Assembly (NCBI GenBank): GCA_044222185.1
Contig: JBGANV010000001.1
Coordinates: 2,176,001-2,240,000 of the forward strand
Source of the DNA: Planctomycetota bacterium
GTDB lineage: Bacteria > Planctomycetota > GCA-002687715 > CAIWVZ01
DNA: 64,000 nt
Reading direction: 5' to 3'
Shown here: in pieces, positions 18,106-26,281 of the stretch
Layout: each line of letters starts with the position of its first letter
Position numbering within the stretch: the first letter of the stretch is position 1
Notes under the pieces: generated by a model
The model's database searches: none
The model's input: only the letters and a program-made list of their open reading frames with translations
What the model was told of the DNA's origin: nothing
Position numbers and translations under genes: made by a program

Positions 18106-19518
18106 TCAGAACTGGAAATACAGGAACGGGCTGTATTCCTGGAAGAGCATGTGCGCGACCGCCGCCATGAACGAGAGACTCAATGCGAACGCGATGATCG
18201 GCTCGCGGATGGTGCCGCGGATCTCGACCAACTTGTCCGATTGAATGCCGACGTAGACGAGCACGAGCGCGATCGTCGAGAGTCCGAGGTACAGCGGGTT
18301 GATGAGCATCACCTGGGAGAGGCCCGCATCCCAGCCCGACAAGCCGGCCATTCCCTTCAGCATGACGCCAGCCTTCCCGAACGTCTCGGCACGGAAAAAG
18401 ACCCAGCCGATCATCACGAGCACGAGGGTGAACGCCGTCTGCAGCGGGCCAGGCAGGAACGACCACGGCGCCTTCTTGCCGATGGCGCGCTCGATCGCAA
18501 GCCACAGCCCGTGGAATGCACCCCACGCGAGGAACGTCCATTGGGCCCCGTGCCACAGGCCGCCGAGGAGCATCGTGAGCGCCAGGTTCACGTAGGTGCG
18601 GACCGGCCCCTTCCGGTTGCCGCCGAGCGGCACGTAGAGGTAGTCACGAAGCCAGTTGCTCAACGAGATGTGCCAGCGGCGCCAGAACTCCGTGATGGAC
18701 TTGGACCGATAGGGCGACGCGAAATTGATGATGAACTCGAACCCGAACATCTTGCCGAGGCCGATGGCGATGTCGGAGTACCCGCTGAAGTCGAAGTAGA
18801 TCTGGAGCGTGTAGCCGATAATGCCGAGCCACGCGGCCGCAGCGCCTGGAGCGGCCTGCCCGAAGACTTCGTCGGCGAGGCGCGCGGCCGAATCGGCGAG
18901 GAGGATCTTCTTCGAGAAGCCACACATGACGAGAAGCACGCCGCGACCGAACTTCTCGATCGTGTGCGTTCTTTCGTCCAACTGCTTCGCGATGTCGTGG
19001 TAGCGGACGATCGGGCCAGCCACGAGGCGTGGGAAGAACGCGACGAAGCCACTCATCTCCAGGAGACTCTTCGCCGGCGTGGCCTCCCGACGGTAGATGT
19101 CGATGGAGTAACTCATCGTCTCGAACGTGTAGAACGAGATGCCGGCGGGCAGCGCGACACGCGCGAACTCGATGGCATGGCCGCCGAACACCCCGATGAG
19201 CGAGTTCGTCGTGTCCATCGCCAGGTTGAAGTACTTGAAGTACAGCAACAGGCCCATGTTCACGCAGATGGAGATGGCGAGCGCCACCTTGCGCTTTGAG
19301 CCTTCGCGAGTCGAGATGAACTTCCCGCACCAGTAGTCCATGATCGTGCTGATCACGAGGAGCGCCGCGAAGTCGACGCGCGCCCAGCCGTAAAAGACGA
19401 GCGTCATCCCCGTGAGCCACACCGTGCGGGCGGTGCGGCTGACGGAGTTCAGCACGTAATAGACCGCGAGCACGACGGGCAAGAACAGGAACAGGAAGTG
19501 GTAGGTCGTGAAAACCAT
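18106..19518 (-). CDS. MBOAT family O-acyltransferase (AlgI/PatA/DltB-like)
   Basis: MVFTT..FLF.FLP, LP.GISFYTF, FFPRLVAGPIVR, QIYFDFSGYSDIA, FWRRWHISLS.WLRDYLY, GLWHGA. Confidence 0.93.
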   Translation of the reverse strand: MVFTTYHFLFLFLPVVLAVYYVLNSVSRTARTVWLTGMTLVFYGWARVDFAALLVISTIMDYWCGKFISTREGSKRKVALAISICVNMGLLLYFKYFNLAMDTTNSLIGVFGGHAIEFARVALPAGISFYTFETMSYSIDIYRREATPAKSLLEMSGFVAFFPRLVAGPIVRYHDIAKQLDERTHTIEKFGRGVLLVMCGFSKKILLADSAARLADEVFGQAAPGAAAAWLGIIGYTLQIYFDFSGYSDIAIGLGKMFGFEFIINFASPYRSKSITEFWRRWHISLSNWLRDYLYVPLGGNRKGPVRTYVNLALTMLLGGLWHGAQWTFLAWGAFHGLWLAIERAIGKKAPWSFLPGPLQTAFTLVLVMIGWVFFRAETFGKAGVMLKGMAGLSGWDAGLSQVMLINPLYLGLSTIALVLVYVGIQSDKLVEIRGTIREPIIAFALSLSFMAAVAHMLFQEYSPFLYFQF

Positions 19519-19738
19519 GCGGCGTGCCGGACGTTCCCGTGGCGAACCCACGCGTGCACGGGCGCTGCGAGCGCTGGCCCCGGGAATGAGCCGGGATCCT
19601 ACTGACGACCGTGCCGGCTTGACAGGCCGAGGCGACGGCCGCGCCGGCCCGGGCGAACGGACCGCGCGTCCCCGGATCCCTCCGGGGCATTATCGGCCGG
19701 GAGGAAGCTCGAACCGCAGCGTCGCGCGATCCCCCGCG

Positions 19739-20752
19739 TCACGGCCCGGTGAACCAGGGCGGCCACTCGTCGTAGTGGGGCCGATTGAGGTCGAACCAAG
19801 CCACGAGGGCGCGCCAGCGGCCCCAGCGCGCGTAGTAACGCTGGAGGCCCTTCATCGTCGCGGCCCGTCCCGGAACGCGATTCGTCCGAGCCTGGGCGAT
19901 GGCCCAGGAGTCGATCACCGGGTCGGCCTCCCGTGCCATGACGTGAAGCATGGACCGCACGGCGTAAGGCCCGAAACCGTACCAGCCGCGAATCGCATCG
20001 CGCAGCACGGCCGTCTCCGTCGCGTCGATGTCCCGCAGCTCCCCGGCGATGGCCCGCTCCGCCAGTTCGATCGCGCCTCGGGCCCGATAGCCGACGCGGA
20101 TGTCGTCCACGAGGACGCGAATCCCCGCGTCGCGCACGGCCTCCGGCGTCGGAAATGCGCGCTCGCCCGTGACGCGCTCCACCTCGCCCAACGTCTCGAC
20201 GAGACGTCCGACCATGCCGATGGTCTGCGTCCAGGTGCAATTCGTCGTGAGGAGCGTCTTCAGCGCGTCTTCGAAGAAAGTCGGTGCGCGAAGGACGCGC
20301 CCGAGACGGCGATCGGCGATCCAGGTGAGCTCCGGCGCCTCTCGGCAAAGCGCGTGGAACGGCGCGATCTCGACGTCGAGTGCGAGCATCCGGCGGACAC
20401 GTGCCTCGATGCATGCGCGCGCAGCGCGTGACAACCGGCGCGATGGACGACAGAGCAGATGGCCCCGCTCGGCCTCCCGAATCGTGACCGCAACCGGAGA
20501 GGCGTCGTCGTCAGGGACGACGCAACCGAGAGCGCGGTGCGCGTCGTCGTAGCGGAACGGCGGAAGCTGGTACCAGCCGTGAGAGGCCACCACCGCGAGG
20601 AGGGAGAAGTCCTCCGGTACATCAACGAAAAACGCCGCGGGGGCGCCGCGGCGTGTTCCGGATCGGACCTTCCGGAGATCAGAAGTCGTCGTCGGATTCG
20701 AAGAGATCTTGCGCGTCGTCCTCGGGGACCTCGGCTTCCGCTTCGTCATCAT
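19739..20752 (-). CDS. HhH-GPD/AlkA-like DNA glycosylase family protein
   Basis: SHGWYQL.PF, GRVLRAPTFFEDALKTLLTTNC.W, AFPTPE, VGYRA, G.GPYA. The only ATG starts (20752, 20749) overlap the 3' end of the upstream gene. Confidence 0.75.
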   Translation of the reverse strand: MMTKRKPRSPRTTRKISSNPTTTSDLRKVRSGTRRGAPAAFFVDVPEDFSLLAVVASHGWYQLPPFRYDDAHRALGCVVPDDDASPVAVTIREAERGHLLCRPSRRLSRAARACIEARVRRMLALDVEIAPFHALCREAPELTWIADRRLGRVLRAPTFFEDALKTLLTTNCTWTQTIGMVGRLVETLGEVERVTGERAFPTPEAVRDAGIRVLVDDIRVGYRARGAIELAERAIAGELRDIDATETAVLRDAIRGWYGFGPYAVRSMLHVMAREADPVIDSWAIAQARTNRVPGRAATMKGLQRYYARWGRWRALVAWFDLNRPHYDEWPPWFTGP

Positions 20753-21398
20753 CGTCCTCGTCGGCGCGGGCCGGCTCTTCGTGCGGTGCGGTGAACGCGT
20801 TGTCTTCCTCGAAGTCAGCGCCGCCGCCGATGCGATCCTCTTCCTCTTCGACGACCATGGGCTTGGGCTTGCGCGGTGCCGGCGAGGTCGTCGCGCCCGC
20901 AGCTGCCGCCTTCTTCCGCCCCTTCTTCGGCTCGCTACTGGCAGACTCCGACCCGGCGGCTTCTGCAGCGGCCGCGACGGCGACGAGCGGTGCCGCGGCT
21001 GGCGCCGCAGCGGGCGCTGCGGCCGGCGCGGCCTTGACGGCGACCTGCTTGGCGGGAGCAGGCTTGGCGGGAGCAGGCTTCACCGCTGCGGGTTTGGCGG
21101 GTGCGGCCTTCACCGGTGCAGGCTTCGCAGCCATGGGCTTCGCGGGCATCGGCTTCACCGCAGCGGGCTTGGCGGCCTTCATGGCCTTGGCAGGTGCGGC
21201 CTTCTTCGGGGCGGCCTTCATCGCCGGCTTGGCTGCGGGCTTGGCCTTCTTCGCAGGCGCGGCCTTCGCGACCTTCTTGGCCTTGGCCGGAGCGGCCATC
21301 TTCTTCTTCGCAGACTTGGGCGCTGACTTCGCCGCCTTGACCTTTGCCGCGGGTTTGGCTTTGGCCTTCGCCTTGCCCGCCTTCTTTGCGCTCGCCAT
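20679..21398 (-). CDS. histone H1-like Lys/Ala/Pro-rich protein with acidic C-terminal tail
   Basis: AGAGGAG RBS; many AKPA/KAAPAKK repeats followed by EEEEDR...DEDDDDEAEAE...FESDDDF. Confidence 0.8.
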   Translation of the reverse strand: MASAKKAGKAKAKAKPAAKVKAAKSAPKSAKKKMAAPAKAKKVAKAAPAKKAKPAAKPAMKAAPKKAAPAKAMKAAKPAAVKPMPAKPMAAKPAPVKAAPAKPAAVKPAPAKPAPAKQVAVKAAPAAAPAAAPAAAPLVAVAAAAEAAGSESASSEPKKGRKKAAAAGATTSPAPRKPKPMVVEEEEDRIGGGADFEEDNAFTAPHEEPARADEDDDDEAEAEVPEDDAQDLFESDDDF

Positions 21399-21508
21399 GG
21401 ATGCTCTCCTCTTGGGTCCGATGCGTTGACGGCGCAGAGCGTACGACGTTTCGCAAGGTCGTCAACGAACTTTCACCGGCTGAAAAGCCGGGTTTTCCGC
21501 GCGTTGCG

Positions 21509-21934
21509 TCACAGCTCCAGAAAGTCGGAGAACGCGTCGCGCAGGTCCCTCGGGATCGGCAACTTCGTGAACCGATCCATGTCGACGCACACGACCGTCG
21601 TCCGGGCCTCGGCACGGGGCTCATCCTCCCCGACTGCGCGGACCTGGTAGCGAAGCGACAGACTCGTCGTCCCGACCGCCCGCACGCTGAGGCCGATCGA
21701 AAGTCGAAGGCCGTAGGGCATCGGATCGTGGTAGTCGGCCTCGGTGTGGACGGTCGGGAAGCCGAGTTTCCTTTCGCTCAGCACCTTGGCGTAGGGCATC
21801 CCGACGACCGAGTCGAAGAACCCCTCCATCACCACGTGGCAGTAATGGAACAGCCTCGGGTAGTAGAGGATGCGCGCGTAGTCGACGTCGCCGAAGGAAA
21901 CCTGGATCTCATGGACGTAGATGCGGCCGGGCAT
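21509..21934 (-). CDS. acyl-CoA thioesterase (4HBT/hotdog fold)
   Basis: VSFGDVDYARILYYPR.F, VGTTSL. Confidence 0.88.
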   Translation of the reverse strand: MPGRIYVHEIQVSFGDVDYARILYYPRLFHYCHVVMEGFFDSVVGMPYAKVLSERKLGFPTVHTEADYHDPMPYGLRLSIGLSVRAVGTTSLSLRYQVRAVGEDEPRAEARTTVVCVDMDRFTKLPIPRDLRDAFSDFLEL

Positions 21935-22020
21935 GTGGGCACCCTACTGGCGCAAGCGAGCCCTGGGAAGCCAGCCGTGCGCGACGCTCAATTCCTCGTG
22001 GACCGCCCGCACCCCGGGAC

Positions 22021-22581
22021 CTACTTGAGCAGCCCCTGGACCTGCCGGAAGGCGTCCGACCCCGCGGCCTCGAGCCACTCGAACAGCACGGATTCAGCGC
22101 AGGTCACCTGAACTCCGGCCCGTGCGAGCCTGGCGAGCGCCGCCGCCCGGTTCATGGGGCTGCGCGAGGACACCGCGTCGGCCACCACGTGGACGCTGAA
22201 CCCGCGGGCCTGGAAGTCGAGCGCCGTCTGGAGGACGCAGATGTGGGCCTCGATCCCTGCGATCACCAACGTGTCGCGGTCGAAGCGGCGAACGGCCTCG
22301 ACGATGGCGGGATCGCCGCCGCAGGAGAACGCCGTCTTTTCGAGCACCGTCGCGCTCCTCGCAGCATCGCGAATCGGCGCGATCGTCATCCCAAGTCCTT
22401 TGGGGTACTGCTCCGAGACGAGGACCGGCACGTCGAGGATCCGCGCACCTCCCAGGAGTCGGAGGACGTTCGCCTGCACGGCCTCCCGTTCGTGGATCAC
22501 GGGAAAGAGTCGCTCCTGCATGTCGATCACGACGAGTAAGCTCTGCGCGCGCCGCGCCAGCGCCGGATGTCTCGAGTCCAT
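22021..22581 (-). CDS. isochorismatase family hydrolase
   Basis: VIDMQERL, EQYPKGLG, KTAFSC, GIEAHICVLQTALD, DAVSSR. Confidence 0.92.
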   Translation of the reverse strand: MDSRHPALARRAQSLLVVIDMQERLFPVIHEREAVQANVLRLLGGARILDVPVLVSEQYPKGLGMTIAPIRDAARSATVLEKTAFSCGGDPAIVEAVRRFDRDTLVIAGIEAHICVLQTALDFQARGFSVHVVADAVSSRSPMNRAAALARLARAGVQVTCAESVLFEWLEAAGSDAFRQVQGLLK

Positions 22582-22610
22582 GGCGTGCATCCTACGAGCC
22601 CAAACGACCC

Positions 22611-23564
22611 ATGGCGATCCTCAAGAACGAGCTCTCGTGGTCACGCACGCGCGCGACCACGTTCAACGAATGTCGTCGGCGCTACTTCTTCCAGTACTAC
22701 CTCAAGTGGAACGGCTGGGACTCGGACGCTCCTGCGGAACGACGCATCGCGTATCGCCTCTCCCAGATGACCTGCCTGCCCCTGCTGGCCGGGCTCGCAG
22801 CTCACGAGGCGATCCGGCTGCTCCTGGAAACGGTCCGCGGCCGCGCGACCCTGGAGGGGCCGCCCGAAGAGTACGCCGCGAACTACATGCGCAGGGTCTG
22901 GACGGACGCGCGAGCCCAGCGCTGGCTCACCCGGCCCAAGCAGTACCCGCCCGTCTTCGAGCTCTACTACCAGGATGGCGTCGCCCGGGAGGAACTGGTG
23001 CGGTTCGGCGAGATTTCGCGCCGCGCCGTCCGCAACTTCGCCGCCTCGCCGCTCTTTGCCGAGTTGCGCGAGAGCGACACGAAGGCCTGGCTCGCGGTCG
23101 ACGACCCCATCGACTTCAACTCGCCGGACGTGTTCACGATCGACGGCTGCCGCGTCTGGGCGAGGCCGGATTTCGCGCGCCAGGCCGGGGACCGCTGCGT
23201 GATCTTCGACTGGAAGACCGGCTCGCAGAAACCGGAAGACCGTACCCAGATCCTCTCCTACGCGCTCCACGCCCGTGATCGCTGGAAGTTCCCTGCCGAC
23301 CGGATCGACGCGGTCGCGGTCTACCTGGGCGACGGCGTCGAGCAGGTGCGCTTCGACGTCGACGACGAAGCTCTCGCCGAGGTCACGGACCTCATCCGAT
23401 CCGATCTCGGGCACCTCAAGACACTCGAGGCCCGAAGCAACGATGAGACGGCGTTCCCCACGGTCGACGATCCCCGGGCCTGCGCGCAGTGCTTCTTCCA
23501 GGAGATCTGCCCGGCCGTCAAGGCTGTGCCCATGCACCTCCGAGGGTCGACGACATCCTCATAG
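22611..23564 (+). CDS. stand-alone PD-(D/E)XK nuclease (RecB/AddB/Cas4-like, four Cys)
   Basis: SWS....FNECRRRYFF.Y, ARPDF, IFDWKTG, Q...YA, C-terminal CAQCFFQEIC. Confidence 0.85.
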   Translation: MAILKNELSWSRTRATTFNECRRRYFFQYYLKWNGWDSDAPAERRIAYRLSQMTCLPLLAGLAAHEAIRLLLETVRGRATLEGPPEEYAANYMRRVWTDARAQRWLTRPKQYPPVFELYYQDGVAREELVRFGEISRRAVRNFAASPLFAELRESDTKAWLAVDDPIDFNSPDVFTIDGCRVWARPDFARQAGDRCVIFDWKTGSQKPEDRTQILSYALHARDRWKFPADRIDAVAVYLGDGVEQVRFDVDDEALAEVTDLIRSDLGHLKTLEARSNDETAFPTVDDPRACAQCFFQEICPAVKAVPMHLRGSTTSS

Positions 23565-23617
23565 ACGTTGGCTCGCCCTACGGCCGACGTCACAATCGCC
23601 CGCCGAGGATTCATGCC

Positions 23618-23914
23618 GTGAAACTGAAGGACTTCGTCACACCTGAGAACATCACCCTGAACGTGAAGGGCCGCGAGCACCTCGCGGTCTGGGAGTCGGA
23701 ACTCTCCGAGGACGACCTGGCGAAGCTTCGCGACCCGGCCTACATCGCGAAGATCCAGCACGAGCACAAGGAGATCCAGGCCTATCACCTGGCCCGGTAC
23801 GCCAACGCGAAGTACGAACCGGCAGCGCTGGCGAAGCGGATGAAGGTCCCCGAGTCGCACATCTGGGCGTTCTGGGCCCTCCATGGCTCCCGGGGCACCG
23901 GGCTCTATTCCTGA
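23618..23914 (+). CDS. hypothetical 98-aa protein
   Basis: GAGGA RBS at 23605-23609, GTG start, coding-like codon usage (MKLKDFVTPENITLNVKG...). Confidence 0.7.
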   Translation: MKLKDFVTPENITLNVKGREHLAVWESELSEDDLAKLRDPAYIAKIQHEHKEIQAYHLARYANAKYEPAALAKRMKVPESHIWAFWALHGSRGTGLYS

Positions 23915-23942
23915 ATCGGCGCCGCGTCGACCGCGCGCGGCT

Positions 23943-24629
23943 TCAGGGTTTTTGTTGCGGCTGCGAACGGCGCGCCAGTGACGGGTGCCGGATGATCTGG
24001 CCATCGACGGTGTAGACCACGTCCTCGGCGATGTTCGTGGCCAGGTCGGCGCAGCGCTCGAGGTTCTTCAAGACGGCGACCATGTCCAGTCCGGCGGACA
24101 CGTCCTGCGGGCTCGCCTGGATGTGCTTCTCGATCCGCTCGCACGCGCTCCGATAGAGCGCATCGACCTCGGCATCCGACCGACACACCTCCAACGCCCG
24201 CTCCTTGTCCATGGCGATGAGGGCGTCGAGGGACTTCTGCACCATGGCGACCGCGCGCTCACCGACCTCGTGGAGTCCTACGCGAATCCCCGGGCTCGAC
24301 CGGTTCAGGAGGCGCACGGCACGCTCGGCGATGTTCACCGCCTGATCGGCGATGCGCTCCAGATCGTTGTTGATCTTGAGCACGGCGGTCACGAAGCGGA
24401 GATCGAGCGCCACGGGCTGATGAAGAGCGAGTGCCTTCAGGCACTCCTCCTCGGTTTCGACCTCGTAGGCGTCGATCGTGGCGTCGCGCGCGATGACCCA
24501 CTTCGCCGCGTCACCATCTCCGTTTTCGACGGATCGGACGGCTTCCCGAAGCATCTCCTCCACCATGTCTCCGGTGGCGAGGATCCGCTGCTTCAACGCC
24601 GCCATCTCACGCTCGAAGTGTCGACTCAT
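23943..24629 (-). CDS. phoU: phosphate signalling protein PhoU
   Basis: QPVALDLRF, DLERIAD.A.NIA, LERCADLATNIAEDV.Y. Confidence 0.95.
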   Translation of the reverse strand: MSRHFEREMAALKQRILATGDMVEEMLREAVRSVENGDGDAAKWVIARDATIDAYEVETEEECLKALALHQPVALDLRFVTAVLKINNDLERIADQAVNIAERAVRLLNRSSPGIRVGLHEVGERAVAMVQKSLDALIAMDKERALEVCRSDAEVDALYRSACERIEKHIQASPQDVSAGLDMVAVLKNLERCADLATNIAEDVVYTVDGQIIRHPSLARRSQPQQKP

Positions 24630-24716
24630 CGGGCCCTCGGTCTGGTCGAATCGGGAAGAGCCATGCCGCTCGCGACGTACGGCCTGTCGCTCCTCGATCC
24701 CGTCGATGGGATCGGA

Positions 24717-26153
24717 TCAGAATATCAGCTGAAGTTGCAGACGCAGGCGCCACTCGTCGAAGTCGGACGACGACGTCGCTCGGTCGAAGCGGTGATCCTC
24801 GACGCGGCCGAAGTCGAGTTGGAGCTTGTCGGCGTGTCCGTGCCAGTAGTAGCCGACGACGAGGAGGTACTCGCGGAGAGCCGTCGGGAGATTGGACGTG
24901 TTGCTGCCCGCGGCCGAAAGCGCCGCCAGTCCCGCCGTCTCGTAGTCCCAGTCGGCGACGCTGTAGCGAATGCCGACGTCGAGTTTCTCGGGGATCACGC
25001 AGTAGCCGAGCTGCGAGAACCAACCCGTCGTCTCGCGCTCCGTGACGTCGTGGTCGCGGCGATAGTGGAATTCGGTCTGTGAGTAGAAGCCCTCCCAGAT
25101 CATCGTGAGGTCGAGTCCCAGGCGATAGTTGTCCTCGTAGGTCGACAGGCCAGCGTCGGGCGCCGGGAACGACGTGTTGTTCTCCTGGTCGTAGAGCGCA
25201 TTCAGGGCGAACGTCGCCTTGAAGTCGTGGCGCTCCTCTGCCGGACGGAGATCAGCCTCCGAGTACGGGACCATGCCCCACGGGCTGATGGCGACGCGTC
25301 CCATGTACTCCAGACCGTCGTCGTTGTTGAAGGTGTTCTGCGGCTCGCCGTCGTAGACGCCGAGGCCGTACTCGATGAAGTCCGACTTCTCGCCGCCAAA
25401 CTTGCCGAAGATGTACAGCCCCGTCTCGTAGGCCGGCTCGAACACCCCGGCGATGATCGAGCGATCGACGAATTCGAGGACGCCCGACCCGGTCATCTCC
25501 GATGAACGACCGTACGGCGCCTTGAGCTGACCGGCGCCGACGTTGAAGGCGGGATCGAAGTCGTACTCGATGAACGCCGTCCGCAGGTTCGTGAAGCGGT
25601 TCGACGAGGTCGAGCTCCCGGCCGTCACGGGGTCGCCGGCGGCGTCGATTTGAAGCTCGTACTTCAGCTTCGGGTCGAATGCGAACCCGCGGAGCATGAA
25701 GCGGGCCCGCTGGACGGCGAAGTTCTGGAGATCCTGCCCCTGCGGATTGTTGGGCGTCTCCCGCTCGCGGAACTCGTACGTGAAGCGCGTCTGGATTCGT
25801 CCCGTGACGTTGAGGGAGAAGTTCCCGTCTGCCGTCGCGAACGTGAACCCGTTGCCCGGCTTGTACGACGTCTTGGGCGCGTCCTGCACGAGCCGCGACA
25901 CCATGGAGTCGACCTGTCCCTCCACACGCGTCTCGAGGTCGGACTGGGCGCGGATCTCGGCGAAGTCCTTCTTCAGATCCGCGTACTCGGCGTCGGTGAT
26001 GATCCCGCGCCGCTTGAGTATGTCGAGCAGTTTGCCGTCCGCGTCCGCGGGCTCGCCCTGGGCGACGGCCCAGGACGTCACTCCCACGAACGATGCCACC
26101 AAGGCCAGGACGGCGATCCGAGTCTTGAACATGAAGCGTCTCCTCGTGACCAA
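24717..26153 (-). CDS. phosphate-selective porin (OprO/OprP family)
   Basis: Signal peptide, F.TADGNF.L...GR.Q.R, GQ.K.PY, L.FVDRS, C-terminal Phe (QLQLIF); lies between phoR and phoU. Confidence 0.8.
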   Translation of the reverse strand: MVTRRRFMFKTRIAVLALVASFVGVTSWAVAQGEPADADGKLLDILKRRGIITDAEYADLKKDFAEIRAQSDLETRVEGQVDSMVSRLVQDAPKTSYKPGNGFTFATADGNFSLNVTGRIQTRFTYEFRERETPNNPQGQDLQNFAVQRARFMLRGFAFDPKLKYELQIDAAGDPVTAGSSTSSNRFTNLRTAFIEYDFDPAFNVGAGQLKAPYGRSSEMTGSGVLEFVDRSIIAGVFEPAYETGLYIFGKFGGEKSDFIEYGLGVYDGEPQNTFNNDDGLEYMGRVAISPWGMVPYSEADLRPAEERHDFKATFALNALYDQENNTSFPAPDAGLSTYEDNYRLGLDLTMIWEGFYSQTEFHYRRDHDVTERETTGWFSQLGYCVIPEKLDVGIRYSVADWDYETAGLAALSAAGSNTSNLPTALREYLLVVGYYWHGHADKLQLDFGRVEDHRFDRATSSSDFDEWRLRLQLQLIF

Positions 26154-26203
26154 CGACGACCGATTCTTCAGTCACCCCCCACGGGCGCGAACCGGCGAGA
26201 AGC

Positions 26204-26246
26204 AGACTAGAGGGCGCCGATGAAGATCCGGTAAACGTCCCGTGAA
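26204..26246 (-). promoter_or_regulatory. Pho box (three 11-bp-spaced repeats) plus -10 element for porin-phoU
   Basis: Minus strand reads TTCAC-N6-TTTAC-N6-TTCAT-N10-TAGTCT. Confidence 0.65.
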
Positions 26247-26281
26247 CCCGGCGGCAGTTCGCGCGTGAAGATCCGGGGTGG

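Noticed and set aside
22611-23564. CRISPR-Cas locus suggested by the Cas4-like nuclease
   Set aside because: No repeat-spacer array and no cas1/cas2 or effector genes were seen anywhere in the window.
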